From Ignavibacteriota bacterium (GTDB taxonomy: Bacteria > Bacteroidota > Ignavibacteria > UBA10030 > UBA6906), in the NCBI GenBank assembly GCA_963843525.1, contig CAWJKM010000005.1, forward strand, positions 691,660 to 755,659: 64,000 nt of DNA, read 5' to 3'. This document shows positions 37,191 through 47,007 of this stretch, in pieces. Each line of letters starts with the position of its first letter. Within the stretch, counting starts at the first letter, position 1. Both the position numbers and the translations under genes were made by a program. The notes beneath the pieces were generated by a model. That model ran no database searches, had not been told where the DNA came from, and saw only the letters and a list, made by a program, of their open reading frames with translations.

Positions 37191-38177
37191 ATGTCTTATG
37201 AATTCGAGATTGTCGTTCCTGCGGGAAAGAAAAAGGAACGCCTCGATACCTTCCTCACCTCGCACGTCGAAAACGCCACCAGGTCAAAAGTCCAGAAGGC
37301 CATCAGGAATGGCACGGTTATCGTCGACGGGGAGACGGTTCGCCCAAGCCATATCGTCGCACCCGGTGAAGTCATCCACATCACCCTCCCGAAGCCTCCG
37401 CCCCAGACCGCCGCACCGGAAGATATCCCGCTCGAAATCGTCTACGAGGATGCGGATCTTCTCGTCGTGAACAAGCCCGCCGGGATGGTGGTGCACCCGG
37501 CCCATGGGAACTACCACGGGACCCTCGTCAACGCCCTGCTTCACTACGTCCGTTCCCTCTCGACACTGAACGATGCCTCCATTCGTCCGGGCATTGTTCA
37601 CCGGCTCGACAAAGACACCTCCGGACTTCTCGTCGTGGCAAAAAACGACGTCACCCATGCGCGGCTCGCGAAACAATTCTCCACGAGAACCATCTCCCGT
37701 GAGTATTACGCAATTGTCTGGGGCCTCTTCTCAGAGGCGACAGGAGTGATCGAAGCGGAGCTCGGGAGGTCGAAATCGGACCGCAAGAAAATGGCGGTCG
37801 TGAAAGAGGGGAAGAAAGCGATCACCCGCTATGAAGTGATCAAAGAGTACGAATATCTGTCGCTCGTTCGCCTGCATCTCCTCACCGGGCGGACCCACCA
37901 GATCCGTGTCCACCTCGCCCATATCAACCACCCTGTCTTTGGCGATCCGACCTACAACGGGCGGCACCTTGTCGCGGGTCCGGGAACTCCGCGACAGAAG
38001 GCCGAAGTGGAACGGTTGCTCCACATCATCCCCCGCCAGGCGCTTCACGCGAAGACGCTCGTGTTCGTCCACCCGGCAACGGGAGAAAAAGTATCGTTTG
38101 ATTCGGAATTGCCGGAAGATATGAAGGAAGTTCTTGAAGAGATCGGGAAGGTACAGCAGGGGGCGAACAAAAGATGA
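37191..38177 (+). CDS. rluD: RluA/RluD-family 23S rRNA pseudouridine synthase
   Basis: S4 domain, 'VNKPAGMVVHP', 'GIVHRLDKDTSG', 'TGRTHQIRVH' and 'QALHA'. Confidence 0.93.
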   Translation: MSYEFEIVVPAGKKKERLDTFLTSHVENATRSKVQKAIRNGTVIVDGETVRPSHIVAPGEVIHITLPKPPPQTAAPEDIPLEIVYEDADLLVVNKPAGMVVHPAHGNYHGTLVNALLHYVRSLSTLNDASIRPGIVHRLDKDTSGLLVVAKNDVTHARLAKQFSTRTISREYYAIVWGLFSEATGVIEAELGRSKSDRKKMAVVKEGKKAITRYEVIKEYEYLSLVRLHLLTGRTHQIRVHLAHINHPVFGDPTYNGRHLVAGPGTPRQKAEVERLLHIIPRQALHAKTLVFVHPATGEKVSFDSELPEDMKEVLEEIGKVQQGANKR

Positions 38178-38189
38178 AGGAATGCGGGG

Positions 38190-39065
38190 CTACTCCGAGC
38201 GCTTGATCCTGACACTGCCGACACCGGATTCCACGCGGATAATCATTTTTCCCTTGGCACTCTCATAGTTGGAGCTTACGTACTCGTTGTCGCCCGACGC
38301 AGAAAAATCATCCGCGCATTCGATCCGGGAGATCCAGTTTTTCTCATAGAGGACGCGTGCGCCGATCGATGAGGGAATGACCATGGTCAGAATCCCCATC
38401 CCCACCTGGACATCCACATCCACTTCGTGGGCGGGCTCCCCGCCGAAATCGAGCTTGAATGTTCCAACACCGCCCTGGAAGCGGAAGTGGCGGAAGTTCG
38501 CATTGCCCAGGTTTCTGCCTTCGAACTTGCTGACACCGGCCTCAATGTTCATGTTCTCGATGGTGGAACGGTTGGGCTCGTCAAACGCCAGACAGACATC
38601 GCTCGCCCCGGTGGAAAGATTCAGATCCTTTACCTGCAGACCCGAAAGATTGATATCACCCTTTCCAATCCCGAGCTCGATATCGAACGAAATCGGAAGC
38701 GCATCGCAAAAGCGGATAGCCCACTCACCGCTCTTCAGGTTCGCGAAATGAAGGCGCGCGCGCTGACCTTCATCGTTGTACGAATCACCCTCCCCCAGGG
38801 TGAGATCCATATAGCCCACCCTGTTCCGGACCAAATAATCGTAGGTAAATTCTCCGGTCTGTTGCTTCTTGCTCTCCATGACCGCGACCTTCGCGGGCTC
38901 CCCCTGCGCGATGTGGAGAGAACCAAATGAGGCATTGAGGACGACCTTGAGCTCCTTCTCAGTCGTCCGCCCGATTTCTTTGGTCTCTTGAGCCCGCAGT
39001 ACGCCGCCGGAGACAAAGACGACCACTGCGAGGAGCGCCGTAGTATTGGAGAGGTGATAGTTCAT
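38190..39065 (-). CDS. Secreted beta-solenoid ('toast-rack'/LiaF-LiaG-like) hypothetical protein
   Basis: Signal peptide and repeated 'x-G-x-G' beta-strand units (LGIGKG, TGASD, AGVSK, GGVGT, VGMGI, SGVGS). Confidence 0.7.
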   Translation of the reverse strand: MNYHLSNTTALLAVVVFVSGGVLRAQETKEIGRTTEKELKVVLNASFGSLHIAQGEPAKVAVMESKKQQTGEFTYDYLVRNRVGYMDLTLGEGDSYNDEGQRARLHFANLKSGEWAIRFCDALPISFDIELGIGKGDINLSGLQVKDLNLSTGASDVCLAFDEPNRSTIENMNIEAGVSKFEGRNLGNANFRHFRFQGGVGTFKLDFGGEPAHEVDVDVQVGMGILTMVIPSSIGARVLYEKNWISRIECADDFSASGDNEYVSSNYESAKGKMIIRVESGVGSVRIKRSE

Positions 39066-39093
39066 GGCGTTTTACAATTCCTCTACTACAGGA

Positions 39094-39119
39094 TACGAGA
39101 GTTCTCTTCGCTTGTTGCA
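39094..39119 (-). promoter_or_regulatory. Candidate SigW-type ECF promoter TGCAAC-N16-CGTA
   Basis: Minus strand TGCAAC AAGCGAAGAGAACTCT CGTA, 28 bp upstream of ATG 39065 and next to a SigW-like sigma gene. Confidence 0.6.
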
Positions 39120-39157
39120 AAAAATGCGGTCAATGGGGGCGAAGTCTGAAATACCTG

Positions 39158-39805
39158 TCAATAATGCCGAATTCGATGCCGAAGTTGCCTGTAGAGGAGC
39201 TCTCTGGCCCGAAAAATGTGCGCTTTGACCGTCCCAATCGGGAGTTTCAGCATATCTGCGATCTCTTCGTAGCTCTTCTCCTGCACATGCCTGAGCTCGA
39301 TGACTCGTTTGTACTTGTCCGGAAGCTGGGCAATGGCCTCCCGTAAGAGGGCTGCCCGCTGGCCGCTGATGAGCTCCTGATCGGCTTCGTATTCCTCGTC
39401 AGGGAGCTCAAATGCGTACTCGCTATCCTTGGCGTCGATCGGCTTATTGATCGAATACGCCTGGAGTTTCTTCTTCCGGATATAGTCAATGCTGTTATTG
39501 GTGGCGATTTTGTACAGCCAGGTCGAAAACGCGTATTCATCGTTGAATTTCGAGAGCGAACTGAATGCCTTGATGAAGGCTTCCTGGGTCAGGTCCTCCA
39601 CTTGCTCACGTTCATGAACCATTTTGTAAATGAAGTTGAAGATGGCATCATGATACTTCTTCATGAGCCTCTCGTAGGCAGTTTCGTCTCCTTTGAGGGC
39701 TCGCTGGATGATTTCAGAATCTTCTGAGCGGGACTCTTGCCGGCGCTGTTCGCGGGGAGTGATGGTGGGGTGGGAAGGGGTATGTTGCTTTGCAGATCGA
39801 GGCAT
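39158..39805 (-). CDS. ECF RNA polymerase sigma factor (SigW-like)
   Basis: 'GDE.AY..L...Y', 'EDLTQEAFIKA', 'FSTWLYKIATN..ID..RKKK' and 'SYEEIA..L..PIGTVK..IFRAR'. Confidence 0.95.
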   Translation of the reverse strand: MPRSAKQHTPSHPTITPREQRRQESRSEDSEIIQRALKGDETAYERLMKKYHDAIFNFIYKMVHEREQVEDLTQEAFIKAFSSLSKFNDEYAFSTWLYKIATNNSIDYIRKKKLQAYSINKPIDAKDSEYAFELPDEEYEADQELISGQRAALLREAIAQLPDKYKRVIELRHVQEKSYEEIADMLKLPIGTVKAHIFRARELLYRQLRHRIRHY

Positions 39806-39901
39806 AACACGGTGAATGTACCCAAATACGAGGGAAGTAGCAAGGAATTCGCGGAAACGCGGCCGGGTTGATTCCTCTTCACGAAATCCTTACGTTCGAT
39901 T

Positions 39902-40546
39902 ATGTTCATTTCATTTGAAGGTCTCGATTTTAGCGGCAAGAGTACCCAGGCCATCAGGACTGTCGACCGGTTGCGGAGCGAAAGTTCACTTGAGCGGAGG
40001 GGGACGACGGTCCATTTCCTCCGTGAGCCCGGGGGAACGGAGATTTCGGAGCGGATCCGGGGACTCCTTCTTGACCGTGCCAACCTGGAGATGACTGAAC
40101 TCGCCGAACTTCTGCTCTTTTCAGCCAGCCGTGCGCAGCTTGTGAGTCAGGTGATCCGTCCCGCGATCGCCCGGGGAGATATCGTCGTCTGCGACCGCTT
40201 CAGCGATTCGACCATCGCGTATCAGGGATGGGGCCGGGGGATCGATCTCTCCACCGTCCGTGCGATAATCACGGCATCCATCGGGGAGACTATCCCCGAT
40301 CTCACGCTGTTCATCGACATCCCGGTGGAAGAAATTACCAGGCGGAAAGAGGCTGCGGGCATGACGTTCGACCGTATGGAAAGCTCGGGACGCGAATTCT
40401 ACGAGCGGGTTCGCGCGGGGTTCGTGGATCTGGCAATGCATGAGCCGCAACGGGTCAGGAGAATCGACGGCATGGAATCGGTGGAGAAGGTGCATCAGGA
40501 AGTGTGGAAGGCAATTCAGGCAGGTGTGAAATCTCAAGTATCATAA
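39902..40546 (+). CDS. tmk: Thymidylate kinase
   Basis: 'FISFEGLDFSGKSTQ', 'REPGGT', 'LFSASRAQ' and 'DRF.DST.AYQG'. Confidence 0.97.
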   Translation: MFISFEGLDFSGKSTQAIRTVDRLRSESSLERRGTTVHFLREPGGTEISERIRGLLLDRANLEMTELAELLLFSASRAQLVSQVIRPAIARGDIVVCDRFSDSTIAYQGWGRGIDLSTVRAIITASIGETIPDLTLFIDIPVEEITRRKEAAGMTFDRMESSGREFYERVRAGFVDLAMHEPQRVRRIDGMESVEKVHQEVWKAIQAGVKSQVS

Positions 40547-40559
40547 AGGGCGGAATCAT

Positions 40560-42218
40560 ATGAAGGGAATCCCGACGCGGAGGCTGTTCATCACGTTAGG
40601 GCTTGCTGCACTGCTCCCTCTTTGCAGCGGGTTTGTGCTGACTGGCGATAGTGATGTGTATTTGAAGGTGGACCGGGGTATCACCCTCTTTGGGAAAGTG
40701 TACAAAGAAATCACGGCGAATTATGTGGACGAGGTTGACCCCGAAAAGTTCATGGAAGCGGGAATTGAAGGGATGCTCGGCACTCTCGATCCGTACACCG
40801 TCTATATCTCGCGTGAGGAAAGCGACGAAGTCGACCTCATGACGAACGGAAAGTACGGCGGTATCGGCGTCACGATCGGCGTCCGCGACGGCGCGATGCG
40901 CATCATCAATGTCATGGACGGTTATTCCGCACAACGGCAGGGAATCATTCCGGGCGACATCCTCCTCGAGATCGATGGCGTCCCCATGGCAAACAAGAAA
41001 CCGGATGATGTAAGAAATCTGACGCGCGGGGAGCCGGGGACCACGGTCCGGGTGAAGGTCAAACGCGAAGGGGAGGAGAAGCCTCTCGAGTTCACGCTCA
41101 CCCGGGAGGAAGTTCAGCTTCGTAACGTGACCTACGCGGAATATGTCGCTCCCGGAATCGGCTACATCAGGCTGGAACGCTTTTCGCGCAGGGCCGGCGA
41201 GGAGGTCCGCCAGGCGATCAAGGAACTGCAGGTAAAGGGAGACCTCACAGGCCTGGTGCTGGACCTGAGGGGAAATCCCGGGGGTCTGCTGGACGCGGCG
41301 GTTGAGGTGGTGAGCAAATTCGTCCCGAAGGGAAGCCTCATCGTCTCCACCCGCGGTCGCGCGCCTGAGAGTGAAAAGAAGTATGTCTCCTCGGAGGAAC
41401 CGGCGCTTCCCTCGACGCCCATCGTTGTTCTGACCGATCACGGGAGCGCGAGCGCAAGTGAAATCGTGACCGGTGCGCTGCAGGATCTCGACCGCGCAGT
41501 GATCGTGGGCACGCGGACGTTCGGCAAAGGACTCGTGCAGACGATTCTTCCATTGAACTATGGAGCACAGTTGAAGATTACGACGGCACGCTACTATACC
41601 CCGAGCGGCCGTTGCATTCAGGAAATCGACTACCAGCACCGCGATAAGAACGGCGTGTTCGCCATCATGCCCGACAGCTTGCGGAAGGAATTCAAGACGG
41701 AGAATGGCCGTCCTGTGTTCGAACACGGAGGCATCCAGCCCGATTCCGTGGTTGATGAGCCGGACGAAGGTCCCATGGTCCGGGAACTCGGCAGGGACGG
41801 CATGTTCTTCAAGTTTGCCAACCGCTATGTGGCAACCCATCCGGGGACTGTCCTCGACAGTGTGAACAGTGGGATCCTCGGAGAATTCAAGGATTTTCTC
41901 AATTCACAGAAATTCGATTTTGTGGAAGAGAGTGAACTGAAGGTCAAAGACCTGGAAAAGGTCGCCGAGCAGTCACATATGAGTAAAGATGTCCTGACCG
42001 ATCTCGACCGCGTCGCGGGTCTGATCGAACGGGAAAAGGGTCGGGCATTCGACCGCTATCGCGATCACATTTCGGATGAGTTGAACCAGGAACTTTCCGC
42101 CCGGTACCGCGGTGAAAAGGGACGGATCGCAGCCTCACTGGAAGATGACCATCAACTCGCGGTGGCAATCAGTGTGCTGAAGCAGCCGAGCGTCTATAAG
42201 AAGAAGCTTGTGGATTGA
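40560..42218 (+). CDS. ctpA: C-terminal processing protease (S41A)
   Basis: 'LDPYT', PDZ domain, 'DLRGNPGGLL', 'SASASEI', 'TFGKG.VQ' and 'TTARYYTPSG'. Confidence 0.95.
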   Translation: MKGIPTRRLFITLGLAALLPLCSGFVLTGDSDVYLKVDRGITLFGKVYKEITANYVDEVDPEKFMEAGIEGMLGTLDPYTVYISREESDEVDLMTNGKYGGIGVTIGVRDGAMRIINVMDGYSAQRQGIIPGDILLEIDGVPMANKKPDDVRNLTRGEPGTTVRVKVKREGEEKPLEFTLTREEVQLRNVTYAEYVAPGIGYIRLERFSRRAGEEVRQAIKELQVKGDLTGLVLDLRGNPGGLLDAAVEVVSKFVPKGSLIVSTRGRAPESEKKYVSSEEPALPSTPIVVLTDHGSASASEIVTGALQDLDRAVIVGTRTFGKGLVQTILPLNYGAQLKITTARYYTPSGRCIQEIDYQHRDKNGVFAIMPDSLRKEFKTENGRPVFEHGGIQPDSVVDEPDEGPMVRELGRDGMFFKFANRYVATHPGTVLDSVNSGILGEFKDFLNSQKFDFVEESELKVKDLEKVAEQSHMSKDVLTDLDRVAGLIEREKGRAFDRYRDHISDELNQELSARYRGEKGRIAASLEDDHQLAVAISVLKQPSVYKKKLVD

Positions 42219-42288
42219 ACATAAGAGGAAGCCGAAGGTAAATACCGCCGGGAGAAACGGAGGAGGCGGACCGCATAGTGAACTCCCA

Positions 42289-42321
42289 GGGGAGTACGAA
42301 GTACAGGAGATCGTACTCCCC
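42289..42321. other. 11-bp inverted repeat (hairpin) between ctpA and the TauE-family gene
   Basis: GGGGAGTACGA / TCGTACTCCCC with an 11-nt loop and no U tract. Confidence 0.5.
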
Positions 42322-42362
42322 GCTACTCCTGATCGTTCCTTTGATGGGAGAGTTGCCCGACC

Positions 42363-43172
42363 GTGGATATCCTTTCCTTGCTGATGCTCCTTGTTGCAGG
42401 CTGCGGAGCCGGCCTGATCGCCGGCTACTTTGCGGTCGATGCGGGCATCATCCTGGTGCCGATCCTCCTCGTCTGGTACAAATCCACGCATGTCAGCTCA
42501 CTCGTTGCATCCCATCTCGCGATCGGTACTGCACTCATTGTCGCGTCGCTCATTGCGGCGGAGGCGGCGTACGCCGATCGCAAAGAGGGCTTCGTTGTCT
42601 GGCCCCAGGCAATTCCCCTGGCCGGAGCCGGAGTCGTAGGTGCAGTCCTGGGCGCGATGATTGCACGGACTCTCCCGGCAGAGACAATGACCCAGATCTT
42701 CGCAGCGGCCATGCTGGTGACCGGCATTCAGCTGTTCGTGACGAGGAGGAAACCAAAGGGCACGAGTACCCCGGCTCCGCGCGAGACGGTGAAGCTCGTC
42801 GCGTATGGGGCAATTGCCGGGATCATCGGCGCCTTCACTTCCACGGGGAACAAGCTCGCCGCGCGGCCGCTGCTCTACACGCAACTCCGGGTTCCGATGA
42901 AACGATCGATCGGAACAGCGAATGCCGGCAGCGCGGTATTCTTCTTTGCAGCAGGCGTCTCATTCCTCTTCGCCGGAATGGGAGAGATCCTTCTTCCGTC
43001 GTTCGCCGTGGGGTACCTTGATTTTTACCCTCTTCTCCCCCTTTCTCTCGGGGCGGTCGTCTGCTCTTCCCCCGGAAGGCGGTTCGGGGAAACGCACCCG
43101 ATGCGGAATGCATCGCTGGTTTTCGGAATCCTCCTTCTCGGATTGTCCTTCAAACTCCTGGTTGCTCCGTAA
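42363..43172 (+). CDS. Sulfite exporter TauE/SafE family membrane protein
   Basis: About 8 TMs in two repeated halves ('AG..AG......G...VP', 'A.GT', 'G...GA..G'). The Gly motifs are somewhat degenerate. Confidence 0.8.
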   Translation: MDILSLLMLLVAGCGAGLIAGYFAVDAGIILVPILLVWYKSTHVSSLVASHLAIGTALIVASLIAAEAAYADRKEGFVVWPQAIPLAGAGVVGAVLGAMIARTLPAETMTQIFAAAMLVTGIQLFVTRRKPKGTSTPAPRETVKLVAYGAIAGIIGAFTSTGNKLAARPLLYTQLRVPMKRSIGTANAGSAVFFFAAGVSFLFAGMGEILLPSFAVGYLDFYPLLPLSLGAVVCSSPGRRFGETHPMRNASLVFGILLLGLSFKLLVAP

Positions 43173-43304
43173 GGCGCCCATTCTCCCGCAAATCACCCTG
43201 TTAATCCCTGCGGCTATCGTCGGCCAGCTGGTTTGCGACCGGCCATCTGAGCAGACATGGGTGACGAAAATCTCCCGAAATCCCCTCAAATACGGACGCC
43301 GCCT

Positions 43305-43320
43305 GGGCACGAGTTTTGTA
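43305..43320 (+). promoter_or_regulatory. Candidate sigma54 (-24/-12) promoter
   Basis: GGGCACGAGTTTTGTA versus consensus TGGCACGNNNNTTGCW (two mismatches), about 56 bp upstream of ATG 43377. Confidence 0.45.
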
Positions 43321-43376
43321 CTATGATGTCATGGAGTAGTGGGGAGGGGTTACTTCAACAAGAGGGAAAGGAAACC

Positions 43377-43595
43377 ATGGACATCGGTGGTGTTGTTGAG
43401 GCAGGCATGGCTCGGCCCTTGATGGACGTGCAGCAGGTGATTACGCTGCGAGTTGCGAGAGATCAGATGGAAGAGCAAAAGGATCTCGTGGCGCAAATCG
43501 TGAATGGACCGGACCAGGTGGCCTCGCAGGTCTACAACGGGCACGGACAGGTTGTTCCGACGCCCGCGGGATCCAGTGTTGACATGCGGGCGTAG
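43377..43595 (+). CDS. Small YjfB-like ('putative motility') protein
   Basis: 72 aa, starts MDI, has a helical core '..LRVARDQMEEQ..LV' and ends 'GSSVDMRA' like YjfB (G..+D..A). RBS upstream and terminator downstream. Confidence 0.65.
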   Translation: MDIGGVVEAGMARPLMDVQQVITLRVARDQMEEQKDLVAQIVNGPDQVASQVYNGHGQVVPTPAGSSVDMRA

Positions 43596-43626
43596 ACGCC
43601 ACAGGTGCACGCTGTAACCAGGTTCT

Positions 43627-43665
43627 CAAACGCTGAAGGCGGCCGGTGGCCGCCTTCAGTGTTTG
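43627..43665. terminator. Bidirectional terminator between convergent genes
   Basis: 18-bp stem CAAACGCTGAAGGCGGCC / GGCCGCCTTCAGTGTTTG with one G-U pair. Confidence 0.75.
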
Positions 43666-43702
43666 TCAAGCCTTTCCCGTCCGCGCAGACTTTTCGTTTC
43701 CC

Positions 43703-44404
43703 CTATTTGCCCCTCCGTTTTGCCCGCGCTTTGCCTTTCGCCAGCGCCCCCGCGATCATTCCCATCATCGATGTAAAATCATCCTTGTTGTTCACAAAAT
43801 CGAGTCCGTCGGATTCCACGGTGAGCAACGGCCCTTTGTTGTATCGTTTGACCCATGATTCGTAATGGGTGTTCAACTGTTCGAGGTATTCGCGGGGGAT
43901 CGATTGCTCGTACGAGCGGCCCCGGAGGGCGATCTGACGAAGCAGCGTGTCCACATTTGCACGCAGGTAAATCAGAAGATCGGGCGGGCGCAAATATTCC
44001 GTCATCACTTCGTACAGCGCAATATAGTTCCGGTAGTCGCGCTCGTCCATTTTCCCGATCTCGAAGAGATTCCGGGCGAAGATCTCCGCATCCTCGTAGA
44101 TCACCCGGTCAAGAACGACGGCGTCCTGTCCTTCGACGATGGATTTGTGACTCCGGAACCTGTTGGAAAGGAAATAGACCTGAAGGTGAAACGACCATCG
44201 CGACATATCCCCGTAAAAGTCGCGGAGATACGGATTGTCCTCCACCGATTCGAAATACGGTGTCCATCCGAAATGTTCACCGAGAAGCCGCGTGAGGGAG
44301 GATTTGCCGGAGCCGATATTGCCGGCGACTCCGATGAAGACCTTGCGGCGCGAGCGAAGCGTCCCGCGGGGAGAACGGCGCGATACTGGAGTTTTTTTAG
44401 GCAT
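43703..44404 (-). CDS. Deoxynucleoside kinase (dAK/dCK/dGK family)
   Basis: 'VAGNIGSGKS', 'E.V.DNPYL..FY.D..RW.F.LQ.YFL..R', 'DR..YED..IF' and 'RGR.YE'. Confidence 0.95.
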   Translation of the reverse strand: MPKKTPVSRRSPRGTLRSRRKVFIGVAGNIGSGKSSLTRLLGEHFGWTPYFESVEDNPYLRDFYGDMSRWSFHLQVYFLSNRFRSHKSIVEGQDAVVLDRVIYEDAEIFARNLFEIGKMDERDYRNYIALYEVMTEYLRPPDLLIYLRANVDTLLRQIALRGRSYEQSIPREYLEQLNTHYESWVKRYNKGPLLTVESDGLDFVNNKDDFTSMMGMIAGALAKGKARAKRRGK

Positions 44405-44434
44405 GGGGGTAGAAGGTTTTGAGCTGGATAAGGC

Positions 44435-44463
44435 AATATACGCCCGGTCCGCGGGAGTTGCAA
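44435..44463 (-). promoter_or_regulatory. sigma70-type promoter of the deoxynucleoside kinase gene
   Basis: Minus strand TTGCAA, 17 bp, TATATT. Confidence 0.65.
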
Positions 44464-44535
44464 CCGGGCTGAACTGTTTGCAGGACGACTTCTGGCGAAC
44501 CAGCCTGCCCGCGCACGTGGCTGTTCACCATGAAC

Positions 44536-44561
44536 AAAAACGGCCCCTGACATCGGGGCCG
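44536..44561 (-). terminator. Intrinsic terminator of rrf2-cydAB
   Basis: CGGCCCC / GGGGCCG stem with a U5 tract on the minus strand. Confidence 0.7.
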
Positions 44562-44589
44562 CTTCGCTGCTGGAGAGGAGGGGGGATGC

Positions 44590-45609
44590 TCAATACGACT
44601 CGGGGCCGATGTTCACCTTGCCTTTGAAGACCCTATACACAAGTATCGTATAGATGATGACGATGGGCATGCCGATAAGCGCGATCACCAGCATGACCGT
44701 CAACGTCAACTCCGAGGAAGAATGGTGGAAGATGTTCAAACTGTAATCGTCACTGATGCTCGACGGGACGAGGCGCGGGAAGAGACTCACAGCACTCAGC
44801 CCGATCATCGCCGCGATCATCGCGGAGGATGAAAGGAATGCGAGGAAGTATTTGCCGCCCTTGAGCCAGACCGGGATCGTCGCGACAGAGACGAGCAGGA
44901 GGATGAAGAGTACCCAGAATACCGGATTCTGGAGAATGCTGAAAAACAGGAAGGGAGACACAAACGTCGTGACAAAAGTTGCCACCGCATAGACAATCAG
45001 TACGACGATCCACATCCGTGACGCAACCCTGGCCGAACGTGTCCGAAGATCGCCTTCCGATTTCAAGGTCATGTAAATCGCGCCATGCATGACGAACAGG
45101 GCCAGGCTCAGAACGCCCACGAGAATGGCATAGGGATTCAGCAGGCCAAGGAATGTGCCCTGGTAGCTGCCGTCGATGTCGATGGGCAATCCCCGGAGGA
45201 TATTGCCGAAGGCGACGCCGAACAGGATGGCGGGGAGCAGGCTGCCCAGGCCGAAACACCAATCCCACACCCTTTTCCAGGAAGGGGAGTCGATCTTTCC
45301 CCTGAATTCCATCGACACCGCCCGGGCGATGAGGGCCACCAGCAGCAACATAAAGGCGAGATAGAACCCGCTGAACACGGTTGCGTACACGATCGGGAAC
45401 GCGGCAAAGAGAGCCCCGCCGCCGGTGAGCAGCCAGACTTCGTTGCCGTCCCACACGGGTCCGATGGCGTTCAAATAGACCCGGCGGTCTTCTTCTTTTC
45501 CTGTGAAGAGATGAAGCACGCCAACACCGAGATCGAAACCATCAAGAATGGCATATCCGACGATCAGGACACCGAGGAGGAGGAACCACGTGACTTGGAG
45601 AGTTTCCAT
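44590..45609 (-). CDS. cydB: Cytochrome bd quinol oxidase subunit II
   Basis: 'YAILDGFDLGVG', 'IGPVWDGNEVWL', 'FAAFP..YA..FSG.Y' and 'EFR'. Confidence 0.97.
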   Translation of the reverse strand: METLQVTWFLLLGVLIVGYAILDGFDLGVGVLHLFTGKEEDRRVYLNAIGPVWDGNEVWLLTGGGALFAAFPIVYATVFSGFYLAFMLLLVALIARAVSMEFRGKIDSPSWKRVWDWCFGLGSLLPAILFGVAFGNILRGLPIDIDGSYQGTFLGLLNPYAILVGVLSLALFVMHGAIYMTLKSEGDLRTRSARVASRMWIVVLIVYAVATFVTTFVSPFLFFSILQNPVFWVLFILLLVSVATIPVWLKGGKYFLAFLSSSAMIAAMIGLSAVSLFPRLVPSSISDDYSLNIFHHSSSELTLTVMLVIALIGMPIVIIYTILVYRVFKGKVNIGPESY

Positions 45610-46961
45610 TATGCAGTCACCTCCTTTGCCTGACCGAAGCCGGTGGTTGAAGCAGGCTCAGGGCCCTGCTTGATTTTCTTGATGAGCAGATACAGATAGA
45701 GGGAGCCGAGGAATGCGTAGACGATGAAGAACAGAATGATCGAAAAGAGAATCTCTCCTGCTCCGACGGTCACCGATGCGGCCTGATCCGTCCGGAGCAT
45801 ATGGTAGACGATCCATGGTTGACGGCCGACTTCCGCGGCAATCCAGCCGAGCTGGCAGGCAAGCACCGGCAGGGGAATCGACCAGATAAAGGCCTTGAGA
45901 AGTTTCTTGCTGTCCCAGAGGGTCCCTTTGTAGAGCTTCCAGGCGGCAAAGCCCGTGACAAGAATGAAGTACATCCCGAGCAAAACCATGTTGTGGAACG
46001 AAACGAAGGTAAGCCATAACGGAGGGATGTCCTCCGCCGGGAAGTCGTTGATCCCCTTGATGGGGGCATTGACATCCCCGAACGCAAGCCAGCTCAGCAG
46101 GCCCGGGATTTCCACTGTCGCCTTCAATTCGGGAGGCGGAGTCATCGGATAGCCGAACAACACCATCGGCGCTCCGCTGACAGAAGTATACAGTCCTTCG
46201 ATGGCCGCGAACTTCTCGGGCTGTGTGTGGGCGACCTGACGCGCATGTTCATGCCCGAAGGGCATGACGTTCAACACGGAGAAGATCAGCCCCGAGATGA
46301 CGCCCACCGTCATGGCTTTTTTGGCCAAGGGCAGTTCCTTTCCCTTCAGGATGAGGTAGGCGGCGACGCCCGTCATCATGAAGGCCCCGGTCGTCAGCGC
46401 GGCGTCGAACGTGTGGAAAAAACGCACCACGGTGGAGGGGTTGAACACGGCATCGTAGAAGCTGGTGAGTTCCGCGCGGCCGTTGCGCAGCACGAACCCG
46501 GCCGGTGTTTGTTGCCACGAATTGGCGACGAGGATCCAGAAGGCAGAAATGGTTGCCCCCACTGCCACCATCAATGCAGAAAACCAGTGCGCTCCGGGGG
46601 AAATCCTGTCGCGTCCGAAGATATAGAGCCCGAGGAAGGTGGATTCCAGGAAAAATGCGAACACAGCCTCGGCGGCAAGCGGAGCGCCAAAGATGTCCCC
46701 GACGAATTTTGAGTAGACGGACCAGTTGGTCCCGAACTGAAACTCCATGACAATTCCTGTCGCCACACCAACGGCAAACGTCAGCGCCAGGATCTTGCCG
46801 AAGAATTTTCCCATGCGCACATAGATCTCATTCTTCTTTTTCCACCCGAGTGTTTCCACCAGCACGAGGAGCCAGCTCAATCCGATGGTGATCGGCGGGA
46901 AGATGAAATGAAAGCCGATGGTCATCGCAAACTGCAATCGGGCAAGGAGTACAGCATCCAT
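45609..46961 (-). CDS. cydA: Cytochrome bd quinol oxidase subunit I
   Basis: 'LARLQFA.T..FH..F', 'GVATG...EFQFG.NW', 'NSWQQTP', 'QPEKFAA.EG' and 'E.GRQPW'. Confidence 0.98.
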   Translation of the reverse strand: MDAVLLARLQFAMTIGFHFIFPPITIGLSWLLVLVETLGWKKKNEIYVRMGKFFGKILALTFAVGVATGIVMEFQFGTNWSVYSKFVGDIFGAPLAAEAVFAFFLESTFLGLYIFGRDRISPGAHWFSALMVAVGATISAFWILVANSWQQTPAGFVLRNGRAELTSFYDAVFNPSTVVRFFHTFDAALTTGAFMMTGVAAYLILKGKELPLAKKAMTVGVISGLIFSVLNVMPFGHEHARQVAHTQPEKFAAIEGLYTSVSGAPMVLFGYPMTPPPELKATVEIPGLLSWLAFGDVNAPIKGINDFPAEDIPPLWLTFVSFHNMVLLGMYFILVTGFAAWKLYKGTLWDSKKLLKAFIWSIPLPVLACQLGWIAAEVGRQPWIVYHMLRTDQAASVTVGAGEILFSIILFFIVYAFLGSLYLYLLIKKIKQGPEPASTTGFGQAKEVTA

Positions 46962-47007
46962 ACGATTCTCCTTCAGGTGTGTAAGATGCGACCGTTACGA
47001 CAGCGGG

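Noticed and set aside
42289-42321. GGGGAGTA start suggested a yybP-ykoY riboswitch
   Set aside because: It is a simple 11-bp hairpin; the rest of the motif is absent.
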